Below, in pieces: positions 1-15,170 of a DNA stretch of 64,000 bases. Origin of the DNA: the human T2T-CHM13v2.0 reference genome, Homo sapiens; NCBI RefSeq assembly GCF_009914755.1, contig NC_060929.1. One strand, given 5' to 3'. The translations under genes were made by a program, and so were the position numbers. The notes under the pieces are model-generated. The model was not told the origin of the DNA. It searched no databases and saw nothing but the letters and a program-made list of their open reading frames with translations. Within the stretch, counting starts at the first letter, position 1; every line of letters starts with the position of its first letter.

Positions 1-395
1 CCACCTTTGCTTCATTCAACCAGAGAAGCTCAACCTGTCCCATTTTGGACTAAGGAGTAATCTTTTGCTTGAGCTGAAGAATCGGTGTACACACACATAC
101 ACACACACAGGCTTGAAACCATTCTAGGAAACGGAGACCCAGTGCACCTAGTGTCCAGGATCCTGTGACTTGCTGGTATCTGACCCAGCTCTGGAGCTCT
201 GCTCCCCAGATCTCTGCATCTTGCACCCCTCCCAGTGAGGCCCTGGAATCTATCCCTGAAGATGCCTTCTAGAAGAATCAGGAAAGACCTGGGACATCTC
301 CAGAGTGAGCCTTGATTCACTCTTCTCTCTGGGTCCTGAACACAGTGTTTAGATGAATGATTTTCTTCATTTATGTTTCATCTGTCCTATTCTGT

Positions 396-773
396 TGTAT
401 TAGTCTGTTCTCATGCTGCTATGAAGAAATACTCGAGACTGGGTAATTTATAAAGGAGAGGTTTAATTGACTCACAGTTCTGCATGGCTGGGAAGGCCTC
501 AGAAAACTTACAATCATGGCGGAAGGTGAAGGGGGAAGAAAGGTACCTTATTCACAGGGCGGCAGGAAAGAGTGAGAGCAAGCAGGGGAAATGCCAGATG
601 ATTATAAGGCCGTCAGATCTTGTGAGACTCACTCCCTATCACGAGAATAGCATGGGAGAAACCATCTCCATGATCCAGTCACTTTCCCCTGGGTCCCTCC
701 CACAACATGTGGGGATTATAGGAAGTACAATTCAAAATGAGATTTTGGGTGGGGACACAGCCAAGCCATATTA
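396..773 (-). mobile_element. Solo MaLR LTR (THE1D/MSTA-like) with 5-bp TSD TCTGT
   Basis: tgtattagtctgttctc...gactgggtaatttataaagg...ggggacacagccaagccatatta; TCTGT at 391-395 and 774-778. Confidence 0.9.
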
Positions 774-1449
774 TCTGTCAAAGAACTTGGGTCCCCCACT
801 TAAATAGATAGTGGTGGTGGGGTGGGAAGAAACCTCACTTTTCCAAAAAGAAATACAGGCATTTTTTTTGTTTACAGTCATTTTGTTGTGATATTTATCA
901 TTTATGGGATGTTTTAAGTATAGAAAAAATTCTAGTATTATTTTAGGAATGAACTATATTGCTGTGGTACATTAAAATAGTAGTCAAGAGATAAGCAAGG
1001 TAATAGTAAGCTAACAGGTCTCATGCAACTAAATCATGTCAAGAATAGTCAGCAGGAGACGGCACCCACCTGAGAAACACGTGGGCTGAGAGAGGAAAAC
1101 TTCCTAACCTTTGTAATAAAAACCATGCATTTCCTAAGTATTCCGCTGACCCTCCTGCTGACACCCTTCTCGTTGGTGGAGAGTCGCTGATACACGTATA
1201 CCTAAGGACGTCCCCAAAGCATGAGCATTCTAAAGTGGTCCATGTATTAAGGTATCAGATGTTGATGAACAGAGAGACTGGCATTTAATTACATGGACTC
1301 TGCTCATCTTTTATCCTTAGATATAAAGAAGTTATATTTCAGGTTAATTTTCTTAAAGTTTTATCATGGTCTGCTAACAATCAAATATGACTTTGAACAA
1401 TTCTCTTAACTTGGCTTTAATTTCCTTTTCTGTTAAAGGAGGAGATTGG

Positions 1450-1476
<27 letters not shown>
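1450..1476. repeat. (AT)n microsatellite
   Basis: About 13 perfect AT units. Confidence 0.95.
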
Positions 1477-1481
<5 letters not shown>

Positions 1482-2043
1482 TTAAAATATTCCTTCTAAG
1501 GCTGTACCTTCATATTTCTAGTTCTTTGGCTTTAAAGAAGATTTTCTTTCACCCTGTGTTCTCAGGATTAATATATACCTGCCTTGTGTTCTCCATTGGA
1601 GGCATGCTTTTAGTATTCCAGGTCTGATGACAAATGACACTCTCAGCATCTAAAATATTAAAGATAAAAGAATGGGTTAGCTGGTTGGGCCCAACAGACA
1701 TAAGATGTGAGGGCATGCCCGAGTGACCCCCAGCATGTTCTGGATATGCACTCCGCATTTCATCAGCATCTGAGGATGGATGTGCCCTTTGGAAGGAATT
1801 TTGAGAGGAAAACAGGTTGTCCTGTGGACCGTGCCTCCCAGGAACTTTGAAGGCCAGGTATCCCCTTGTTTATCTGGAGAAGCAACACATCCCAGTTTGT
1901 GGTAGTTATATCTATCCGCTGGAACAATTAGGCCTAAAGCCTATTTTTGCACATGTGGGAATGTACTGGAAGTCCTGCAATAGTTACCAGAGTGACCGGC
2001 CAGTGTCTGAAGGAATGAACGTAGTTTCGAAGGCTTTGAGAGA

Positions 2044-2045
<2 letters not shown>

Positions 2046-2083
<38 letters not shown>
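2046..2083. repeat. (GT)19 microsatellite
   Basis: Perfect GT run. Confidence 0.97.
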
Positions 2084-2084
<1 letters not shown>

Positions 2085-3634
2085 CCTCAGCAAAAGAACA
2101 TGCCCTACTTCAGTGTTTAGAGATGCAAATCATCTTAAATAGGCCAAATGCAGGAAATGAAACAAGTTCCTTAATTGGTAAAAAGCCCACTTCCTTGTGG
2201 GATCAGTAATTTGGCTTGGGAATGCACACATTCCAGCATCCTTGAAATTGAAAGAAAAAAAAATAGGTGAATTGATTCACATTTGGTGCTCTTATGCCAT
2301 TATTTCAGTAGGAAATGTGGGTTATCATTTCATTTGACAGTTTTGATTTCCAAAAGAGAAGGACCAAATGCAAATTTTTCTCCCTTCTCTGGAGACATAG
2401 GCGGACTTTTAACATCAAGAGATGTACATACCTCCCCTGACAACACATTTCACATAAGCAGTATCAGTCTGCCCTGTCAGTGGTTCTGTGAAGCTGTTTA
2501 TTTCATCCTACTGTTCCTATTGTTGACAAAAATGAGGGATGTTCATTTCTTCTAGTGATGTGGGCTTTAACTATTTCTGTCACGAGTGCAGTGTGCCTAT
2601 CTAACCTGAATTCTGCTTACCATTCATTTCCTGAAGTTGTCTTTACTAGCAGGGTAGAAGTTACAATATCTAAATTTAAGTTGCTGACCTTTATTTACTT
2701 CAGAATAAGCAGTTGACTTGTGAGTTTATGTTTGATAGCTAATCATGCATTCTGCTTTTTATTAAAATACCCATAACATCTGCCACCACACCTTATTTGT
2801 AAAACTGCTATAATACTGGAAACTAAGAACATACCAATGATCATTCACATCTTGAGTAGGAATGAATGCTGTTACCTGTGTCAACAGAAAATCTTGTGTC
2901 AGTAATCAGCTCATGGCTAGACCACAGAAACAGTATGATAGCAAGATAGGCAGGAGACAGAAGGTGGATTTCACCTTCCTGGACTGCATACCCTGACATC
3001 AGAGACTTTATACCTGTCCCTACAATCAGAATATCTGGCAGTCACCACCCAACCCCGCACCACAAAGAAGCCGCATTTTGTGCTGATCAGAGCCATCCAT
3101 TGCCCTCCCAACAGTATTATCTTTCTGTAGGAAATTTAAGAAACTATACTTTCCAGTATTAAACATCCCACATCAGATAAGTTGGGGATTCATTTATTAA
3201 TCTGTAATAATATGCCTTTTTGGTGGGGGAGCCAAATTAATGGAACAAAGTCAATGATCAAAAATACTATCATTGAAGACTTTGATAAGTTGGTTAACAG
3301 TAAAATCGGTACAAATAGTGGAAACAAACAAAACTCTGCTCTAGAAATAGTCTTGTGGCTTTTAAATTTTTAAGCAATGAAGGCGAAAGACCTACAAACA
3401 ACCGAAACTATCTGAACAGGAAATAAAATAAAATAAAATAATTGCTAACAAAGGAATAAAACGCATGCTGACCTCAGTCATACCTTTCACTGCTAGATAA
3501 TGATGTAATGGCCAGAGAACTCTATTTGGTAGGGAGGGAGGGAGGTAGATAGATAAAATCATATATTCAAGAACACACAAAATAACAGTCCATGGATCTT
3601 TCCTGGAAAAGTCACTTAAAGATATACAGAAGAT

Positions 3635-3936
3635 GGCTGGGCGTGGTGGCTCACGCCTGTAATCCCAGCACTTTGGAAGGCCAAGGGGGGGGCGGGGTGT
3701 ATCACCTGAGGTCAGGAGTTCAAGACCAGACTGACCAATATGGCAAAACCCCGTCTCTACTAAAGATACAAAAATTAGCCGGGCATAGTGGCATACACCT
3801 GTAGTCCCAGCTACCCAGGAGACTGAGGCAGGAGAATTGCTTGAACACGGGAGGCGAAGGTTACAGTGAGCCGAGATCGTGCTGCTGCGCTCCAGCCTGG
3901 GCGACAGAGCGAGACTTCATCTCAAAAAAACAAAAA
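3635..3936 (+). mobile_element. AluS element
   Basis: ggctgggcgtggtggctcacgcctgtaatccc...ctcaaaaaaa; near-TSD gat(a/t)tacagaagat on both sides. Confidence 0.96.
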
Positions 3937-3949
3937 GGATTTACAGAAG

Positions 3950-6900
3950 ATGACTGAAAAATTAAAATGAACTTAAATTGGAAAGATGAGTTATAAAAGT
4001 ACTATAGTATTGATAGGAAAATGAAAGTTTAAAAAGATACTTTAAAATGTAGTATAAATGATAATTCACTAATAGCAATATAGATCTAGAACTCATTAAG
4101 ATCAGAGACAAGGGTGACAGAAGCACACATGTGCAAAGTTCCTTAACTTACTTTGAGGCATGGGGGAGGAAATAAGAATAAATACTGTATTTCTTCTCAA
4201 CTCATTAATTAAAATATGCATGCATGTGTGTTTTTTAAACATTTTAGAATAAAACTTACTAGCATGAAAAGCAATTATTTCCTTTTATGTTACTGAAGAA
4301 AGAAAAGTAACCATCCAGCAAGGAATTAAAAAATTACCAACTTTACTTTGAAATATAAATGTGAAAAGTTGGTAGAACAGTGTAAGAATTATTTACTGTG
4401 AATTTTTGGGATTCTAAGAGTGCTGATTAGTTTAATATTATAAACACTGTTAATACATCATAGCAGCGTGTCAAATGTTCATCTGAATAGACATTGAAAA
4501 AGCCCTTGATAAAATTAAACATCCATTTCTGCTAAAAATTATTTAGAAAATGAGAATGAATTGAGAAATCCATAATGTAGAAAGACATCTAATTTAGACT
4601 AATGGCCAATGTCTTACTTTAGTGAAATACCAGAAGCATTTTGTTAAAATCTTTCCCCATTAATATAACACTTTATGCTACACATTCTTTGCAGTCAGAT
4701 AACACATAAAATGGAAACAAAATATATAATTCAAAGATGGTAAAATTTGTTATATTCATATGACATAAAGAATCTAGAAAATCCAAGAGAATTCAGTGAA
4801 TAAGTTCTAAAATTAATAATGAAGTAGGTTGTATACAAGATGGATATATAGAAGTTAATGCTGTTGTATATTACCAACTATGACAAGTAAGAAATGATAG
4901 TGGGAGAAAGGAGTGATATTCTGTGACAGCATTCCATGCCCTTTTCCCATAACCCCACCCCCACTGCCCACCCTCCAAAAGGGCAGAAAATATCATGCTT
5001 TGAAATAACCAGAAGACTTGAAAGGGATTGCTATGAAAACACAACAAAACTTTATTTGAAAAGTAAACTGTTATGAATAATGGAAAGATGTGTCCTGTTC
5101 ATTGGAGAAAAGGCTAAATATTGTTATTTTCCCCAAATTATAGTTGTGATGGTACTTTCAATTAGACTTTTCATGAGTATGTATATGTGTGTTTAACTGT
5201 TTTCTTTATTGCAAACACTGAATGCACTCTGTCTGGTTTAAGCAGGGGAGGAATTATTAAAGTATATTAGGTAGCTCACAGAATTAGTATTAGTACCAGA
5301 GAGTGAGCATTGGAGGCCAAATACCCTAGAAGAACACCCAGCCCACACCATGGCACTGTGCCAGAGCAGGTCCAGCTCCTGCTGCTCCTGTTCTCTGGGT
5401 TGCAGAAACTCTTGACACTGATGCTCCCCAAAAGGAATGCCTCTACTGCCACTTCTGTCATCAAAATTGATTTCTTTGGCAGGTCTTCTTATTATTGCAT
5501 TGTTTCAAGCCAAAGTTGAGTTTAGCTTAAAAACTCAAAAAAAACCTAGTCTATATTCTAACTGCAAGGAAAGTTGGAAAAGTGGGTGGTGGCATCAGCC
5601 CTGCAGAGGCAGGACTCGGCTCACGATATGGGAAATTCCTCTTACGTAGGGAGGTTGCTTAGAAGATAACTGGAGGCCATAAAGATGACAAATGCTTACA
5701 GTGGTAACTTGATGTAATGACCCCAAGGTACATCTAGAAAACTCAGTAGATACAATTAGCCAAATAAATCAGTGAGTTGGACCTGACCTACCTGAGATTA
5801 ACACATATCAGAAAGTGACAATCCAAGCATTCATATATGAATAAGAACAGGAAGGAATGGATGAAGATATGTTGAAGAAAACATCACAAACCACTGCAAA
5901 GGAAATAGTTTAATCAACAGATGATACTGGGAAAAGTATATGAAAAATACTTAAGGTGAGCTTCTTTCATACTATATATACTAAAATGATTCATATGGCT
6001 TTTAAATTACCTGTAAAAATTAAATGCTAAAAAGTAAAATTAATATATAGTTGAACATTTAATATATTTAGGATGGAGAAATAATTTCTGAGTATGAAAA
6101 AGTAGAAGAAATCACTAAAAGGAAAAGATTGATAATAGAAATTTAAAATTCTGTAAGTTAAAAAATACTGTAAACAAAACTAATACACTAACAAATAACT
6201 TAGGACATATCTACAAGAAGTATAATGGGCAGAAGATCAATATTGTTAAGTCATAAAGAGCTTTTTTTAATGAACGTATGAAAATACTACCCCCTAAATA
6301 AATAGGCAAAGGACATGAACGGACATCTCAGAAAAGAAATAGAAATGACAGATAAACAGATGAAAAGTTCAACCTCTTATTAATCAAATAAATGTACATC
6401 AAAATGATGAGACATCAGTTTCCACTTGATTTGCAAATATTAAACAGCAAACATGGTAATATTCATTTCTGATGATGGTATATTGAAATGGATATTTTCA
6501 CTACATTAATGTAAATTTACAATGGTTTTAGCGAGCAGCTTGATACTTTATGTCAAGAGCCCTAAAAATAGTTCACATGACTTGAACTATTATTTGCATT
6601 TTATGAAATATAATTTAAGGAAATAATCAGAAAAGTACTCAAATGTATATTTTAGGATGTTAATTGCAGCATTAATTTGTAGTAGTACAGAATTGGAAAC
6701 ACCCTAAACATTAAATACTAAGAAGATTGATGGTTAAATTGTAGTCCATCTGTATAATGGAATAATTTGTAGCCATTTAAAAATCACATTTTTGAAAAAT
6801 ATCTAATAGCATAGGAAGATTGTAATTATAACCTAATTATAAAGAGCAGGACACAAAACAGTATGGTTTATGATCTAATTTGAAAGTATATTTGTATATA

Positions 6901-6990
6901 CGTGTATACACTGTCAAAAAATAAAGACACTACAATATTACATTAGGATTATCGATTTCATTTTTATACTTTAATGTATTTTGCAGATCC
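3950..6990 (+). mobile_element. Highly degraded old L1 (L1M-type) ORF2/3' remnants, interrupted by an LTR-like piece
   Basis: atagacattgaaaaagcccttgataaaattaaacatcc (~4487) resembles ORF2 IDAEKAFDKIQHP; aataggcaaaggacatgaacggacat (~6301) resembles L1 3' ORF2; boundaries approximate. Confidence 0.7.
5200..5700 (-). mobile_element. Old ERVL/MaLR-type LTR fragment (family uncertain)
   Basis: tgcaaac...ctggtttaagcagg...attattaaag...ggtagctcacagaat resembles LTR33/MLT-type ends. Confidence 0.4.
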
Positions 6991-7325
6991 TCTGCCATGA
7001 TCATCTGTTAGAGTCAGATTTTAAAAAGTTATTTTAAAGGTGAGCAGTTCTTTTCCTATGGATTTTAAACGTTTCACCAGAAAAATTCATGTGCATATTG
7101 CTTTCACCCTCACCATCTGCCTCAGTCTAAAACAGTTAAACAGTTTTATGTGTAGCGTTTTCCAACATTAGTAGCAGTACTAAAGTTATCCCCTCAGTCT
7201 AATTTGTCCTTAGTCAGCCCCATGGTAGTGCTGGGCATATGCTACTATCTTTTACCTAACATCCACCTAGAAATGTATATGTCTGCTGGAGGTTAGTGTA
7301 TGATCTGAATGAAGATTGGAATGAG

Positions 7326-7638
7326 TTTTTTTTTTTTTTTTTCGTTCCTTTTTAGAGAGAGTTTTGCTCTGTCATCTAAGCTGGAGTGCAATGGCATGAT
7401 CGTGGCTCCCTGCAGCTTTGAACTCCTCAGGCTCAGGTGATCCTCCCACCTCAGCCTCCTTAGTAACTGAGAACTACAGGCGTGTACCACCATGCCTGGC
7501 TAACTTTTTGTATTTTTTTGTAGAGACAGGGTTTCTCCATGTTACCCAGGCTGGTCTTGAACCTCCTGGGCTCAAGTGATCCACTGACCTCAGCCTCCCA
7601 AAGTGCTGAGATTACAGGCATGAGCCACCACACCTGGC
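7326..7638 (-). mobile_element. AluJ element
   Basis: Poly-T then ctggagtgcaatggcatgatc...ggctcaggtgatcctcccacctcagcctcc (J-type). Confidence 0.93.
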
Positions 7639-8499
7639 TTTGGAGTGTTTTTTTATGACATGCATTGCTGAATAAAAATGTGATTGGTGAGGAGTTGAGT
7701 TAATTAATGTAAAATATTACAAAACTATTTAGCAGAAGTTTGTCATCTTTATCTTTTAGAAAAAAAAAGTAAATTAAAAATGGCCTAAGAAACATTGTTC
7801 TCCATTAGGATTCCAAAATGATAAATCTGCTAGCCTATAGGGGAAAGGTCAAAATTTTGTTTTGCTGTAACTATATGTCATAAAATATAAAAGCTAAGCA
7901 CTCCCTTAGGCATTATCTCACACATTGTTCCACTTGCTAGCACATTTTTAAGTTTTTAAAATCATACTATGAAATGATTAGCTATTATAACATTTGAAGT
8001 TTTTTTATTTTTGAAATTATAATTTAATTAATAACCAAATGTAGATCTTGTTATTTATTATCTTTATTACATGTCTTGGTAAAACAGAGCCAGGAATTCC
8101 TATTGTAGTAGTCCTGGGAAACTAGTCCAGGTGTAACATTGCCCATGATTAATTGGTGATGTACTCAGGCCTGACACCATCCCACTCTACTGCTCCACTG
8201 TGGGAGATGCACCTTGATTGCCCAGTGGCCTAATCTAATCCAATGACCTCTTTCTGGGAAAGAAAAAAAAAATTGAGCATGAGCACCCTGCAGGATTTGA
8301 TACCAGGAACCATTTCCAATTTCTTGAGTAGTTGTCTTCTCTTGCTTCCTGTGGTGCTTGCTTCTGTATTTCTGTTCTTGTTGGCTCCTTTTGCTTCTTG
8401 TGCCATTTTAACTATTGGAATCCCTTGGATCACATTCTCTGTCACACTTAATTGTGGCATAAACTCTTTTACCAAGGTCCTCTCTTTCATGCGTGTGCC

Positions 8500-8960
8500 A
8501 GTTTTTCCCACAGCTTTCTCTTGGGTCTGAACCTTTCTCCTGAACACAGATGCATGTGTCTGTTTACTAATAGTCTCTCCATCTGATTGTGTCCTACCAG
8601 CACCTCAAATCCAGCTGTTACCCAATAACAAATTTATTTTCTCCAATTTCTGTTTATTCTCTCTGTTATTAGCAACATCATCCACCTTGTCACTCAAACT
8701 AGAAATCTCAGTATCATTTTTTGTTACACCCTCTCTCCCACTTTCCCTCTGAAAAGTGTTTTATACCTGACCCCCCTCCCCAGTGCCACAGCCACTGGTT
8801 CCAGGATGTTTCAGTGACAGAGAACTGGGAGCCTGCTTTGGCACTTCCTGGGCTCCACCTCCATCAAATCTCTCTCAGACATCGAAGCTCATTTTTTTGA
8901 AAGACATGAACTTAATTATGTCTTTTACCTAATGTAAAACATTTCATGGTTCATCATGAC
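8500..8960 (+). mobile_element. L2 fragment
   Basis: ctcctgaac...cagcacctcaaatccagc...ctagaaatctcagtatcat resembles L2 3' region. Confidence 0.6.
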
Positions 8961-8971
8961 ATACGGGAGTA

Positions 8972-9660
8972 TAGTGGTTATTAAAGTGATTCCCAGATGA
9001 GCAGCAGCATCCATCGCCACCGCCACAGACTAGTTAGCAATACAAACTCTGAGGCTCCAACCCAGATCTACTAAGTAAGTAACTGTGAGGGGTGGTGCCC
9101 AGCACTCTGTGGTCTAACACATTTTCAAGGTGATTCTGATACACTCTACAGTTGGAGAATTAACTGCCCTGTAGGTTCTAAAGCCTGGCTGTGCATTTGA
9201 GTCACATGTGGAACTTAAAGACATACCCAGACCCAAGGCCAATTAAGTCAGAAACTTAAGGTGTCTGGCCTGGTCTGGCCTATATCTTTTTAAAAGCTCC
9301 CCAGAGATTTTGATACAGAGTAATGGTAGAGAACAACTTAAACTGTAAAATTCACTTTTTTTTTTCCAGCAGAATCTAAAGTAGTGTTTCTGAAACTTGA
9401 ATGCACACTGGAGTCACCTGGGAAGCTTTAAAAATGACTGATGATTGCCCTCCACCTCCCTCCCCATTCTGATTTAATTGGTTTGCAGTGTGGCTTGGGC
9501 TTTGGGGTTTTTTAAGTTCCCTAGGCTATTTTAATGTGAAGCCAAGGTTAAGATCACTGTTCTAAAGCTAGGATTCAGAAACACTATTGTGCCTAAGAAG
9601 CGCCTGGAGTACTTGATAAAAGTAAGGGCCCCACTCAGGTGACGAATCACCTGGAGTACT
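8972..9660. mobile_element. Cluster of 3-4 adjacent MER5-family (hAT-Charlie) MITEs
   Basis: Repeated agtggtt/tctcaaa-type ends and ggtgattctgat, gagtcacctggga, ttaaaagctcccc motifs. Confidence 0.75.
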
Positions 9661-9958
9661 GCCCTAAAGAGTATTGCCAGCTGGCCCCTGACTGTTGTAG
9701 TTACGCTTTCATCCATCCACTTTGCTCCTCACCATTCACTGCTCTGCCTTAATTTCCTACAACTCCCCGTCCATAACATCAGATTACTTCACTTTACTTA
9801 AGTGTGTCTTGCTTAAATCACTGGAAGGAAGTGTAGGTTATTCAAGCCAATAAATTGTCCTGAATCAATTGATTAGCCATTTGGAAAAGCGGTAAGCCAG
9901 ACTGCTATCTTGCTCCTTATAAGAAATAAGCCCCATATAGATTTTAAAAAATGAATTA

Positions 9959-10773
<815 letters not shown>

Positions 10774-11074
10774 AATATATATTTATATATTTATATTTAT
10801 ATTTATATCTTTATATATATTTATTTTATATTTATATTATATTTATTTATATTTATATATTTATATATAATATTTATTTATATTATATTTATATTTATCT
10901 AAATATATATTTATTTATATTTATCTAAATATATATATTTATTTATATTTATCTAAATATATTTATTTATATTTATATTTTTATATTTATATTTATATAT
11001 TTAAATATATTTATATATTTATATAAATATATATTTATATAAATATATTTATATATTTATATATTTTTATATAA

Positions 11075-11112
<38 letters not shown>
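10774..11112. repeat. ~340-bp AT-rich low-complexity tract ending in (TA)n
   Basis: Nearly pure A/T with tttata/tatt units. Confidence 0.95.
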
Positions 11113-11116
<4 letters not shown>

Positions 11117-13092
11117 ATCTGATGTTATCTGTCAAATTACCAAAATCTGAAAAAATTTAGTATTGGCAAGGTGGAAGGTAGACAGCATCCTATATGTCAC
11201 TAGTGAAAATATCAGTGCAGTGTCTTTGGAGAGCAATTTAGCGAGAAGGACCAAAGTGAAAAGTGCACTGTACTCAACTGTACCCAAAGTTTTGCTCATA
11301 GGAATTTAGCTCTTGGAAGTACGTAAATATTTAGAAGATATTCATTGAATCTTCAAAACACTAAAATTAGTATAAATATTCATTCATAAAATACTAAGTA
11401 AATGATGCTAACTGAAATATTGGGATATTTGGTGCTGAAAGGTGATAATAGAGATTTAGATGGGCTAACACAGAAAGTTATAGATAATTAAAAAATAGCA
11501 AATATAGAACTTTATATAAATAATAGAGCATTATATTTGATGTAGTATTTTGGGAGGAATTTTTTTATACACATATGCTTGTGAATATACACATATTTCT
11601 AGATAGGTACATACCCTATCAAAAGAGGTCACTTCTGAATTGTAGGACTGGGCATGGGGAGGTGGAGGTGGGGACGCAAAGTCTGGTACAGAGCCTGACA
11701 CAAGTGTTTGAATGAACCAGTGAATAACAGTCAGAGGTTGAGAGAGGTTTTTTGGCTTTATCGTATGTCTACTTGAATCATTTGAATTTTTTTCCATGTA
11801 TATATCATTGCTCTTGTAATAAAAATTAAAACATGTAAAAATGTGCAGTTCATTTTTGGGACTCTGTCCCTTCATTTTCCTCTGCCTCAAAGCCTCCTTT
11901 CCTTTCACTTTTCCTTCTAGATGCAGATCGAAGGTTGCCCCTGCAAAGCTATCCATTATTTTCTCTGAATTCACATCTTCCTTAATTTATCCTTACCACC
12001 ATGAACACAAAGTTCCACATGCTGGGTCTCTCTTCCTTGCCTCATGGGTTAGAGGCTTGTGGTCAGGGATGGTCTGATTCAGCCTTCTTTCTGCAAAGGC
12101 TACCAGGGGTCTGCAAAAGGGGAGGGAAAAGTGGCAGTACTTTACTGTCCAGCTTCTTAGCGCTAGTCTGCCTTAGAGTCGTCACACCTGACCTGACGTA
12201 CAAAATAATTCACCATTTCTAACCCCTTGAGTATTCTCAGAATACGAAGCTTTGGCTTCATTAAACACAGCCTTCAGAAAGGTTAGCATTCCATTGCATC
12301 CATTGTCACTGCCAAGATCACTTGAAGGAAGCCCCGGGTATCATTTGTCTTTGACTTTCTGGCCCTAGCAAAGTGTCCAGCATATATTAACTCTGCATAA
12401 GTGCTTTCCAAATGATTTAAAAATTTTAAATATGTGCCTTTTATGTACCTACTTTTTCATTCAAAGAGGGATTTAAAGACCCTGTCATGTTCTTTAAGAG
12501 AATAATCACAACTTTTTTTCTCCCATCTCAGTTCGTCCCAGAATACCTGAAGGATTCAACACCTTGCAATAGTAACTGTGGCTGTGTAAGGTAGTGATTC
12601 TCTGAAGGTTGACATTTGTGCATACAGAATCTCAAGAGTTGTGTGTGGCTTAAAACAAGCTCCACTAATCACACTTATCAATTATTTTCAGATTGTCTAC
12701 TAAAGATATCATGGATGCATGTACAGAACATAAATGAAAGGACCGGAAAGGCCATGTTCCTATTATGTATAAAGGCAAATTATGTTTTATGCAAGAAGGA
12801 ATGATAAGAATTAGAGTGAATACTCTTAGTTTTGCTTCTGATAATCAGTTGTTGAATCTAGATCCCGTGCCTTGATTTTAACTGTCCTAATAATTTTAAA
12901 TATTATAATATTACATGGACCGTATAATAGGCATTCTGCCTCAAAAAAAATGAAAGCAAGCATGAGATGCACAGATTTTAAGTCAAATATTCATGTTTGT
13001 TAGATATGATTAAAATGAAAACTGGTTTGAACAAACATGAGTAAAGTTGATAGTGAAAATGTAAACATTATGGTTAATTAATGTTTTCTTTC

Positions 13093-13275
13093 ATTATATA
13101 TATTATATAATATAATATATAATTGTATATATTATATAATATATATAATTGTATATATTATATAATATAATATATAATTGTATATATTATATAATATAAT
13201 ATATAATTGTATATATTATATAATATAATATATAATTGTATATATTATATAATATATAATTGTATATATTATATA
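13093..13275. repeat. AT-rich minisatellite, ~29-bp unit gtatatattatataatataatatataatt, ~6 copies
   Basis: Recurrent aattgtatatattatataat. Confidence 0.9.
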
Positions 13276-13747
13276 TTTTTTTTTAACAGAGGTTTTAAAT
13301 CTTAACCCAGGAACACAGGAGCAATAGAAGCTTAGCATGTGGGGAGAGGTTCCTATTTTAGAGGGAAGGGAAAACTGTGCATATAATTGGGTAAGAGTAG
13401 CAATAGGATTTGGGGTGGGGGAGGTTATGTACGTGCTTAACCCAGGAGGATACCTGTGGGCATTTGGGACTTCTGGATAATTGACATGGTATGATATACT
13501 ATTTGTTTGGTTTGAAAGGGAAGGAATTTCAGGTCTTAATGCTGTTTTGAGAATACTTAGAGGTCAAAGTGAGGTGAATGTAAAACAGGCATCGAACTAG
13601 TATGATTGAGACAAGGAAGAAGAGATGCTGAATTATGGGAGAAAATAGGGAAGTGAAAAAAAAATATTAAGACTTCCTGGTTCAGAGCTCTCAGGGACAA
13701 GTGGAAGCTTAGAACATGATTTACAGTATACAAGAAATTCTAAGGCT

Positions 13748-15170
<1,423 letters not shown>

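Noticed and set aside
484-807. 107-aa ORF
   Set aside because: It lies within the MaLR solo LTR and is a non-coding relic
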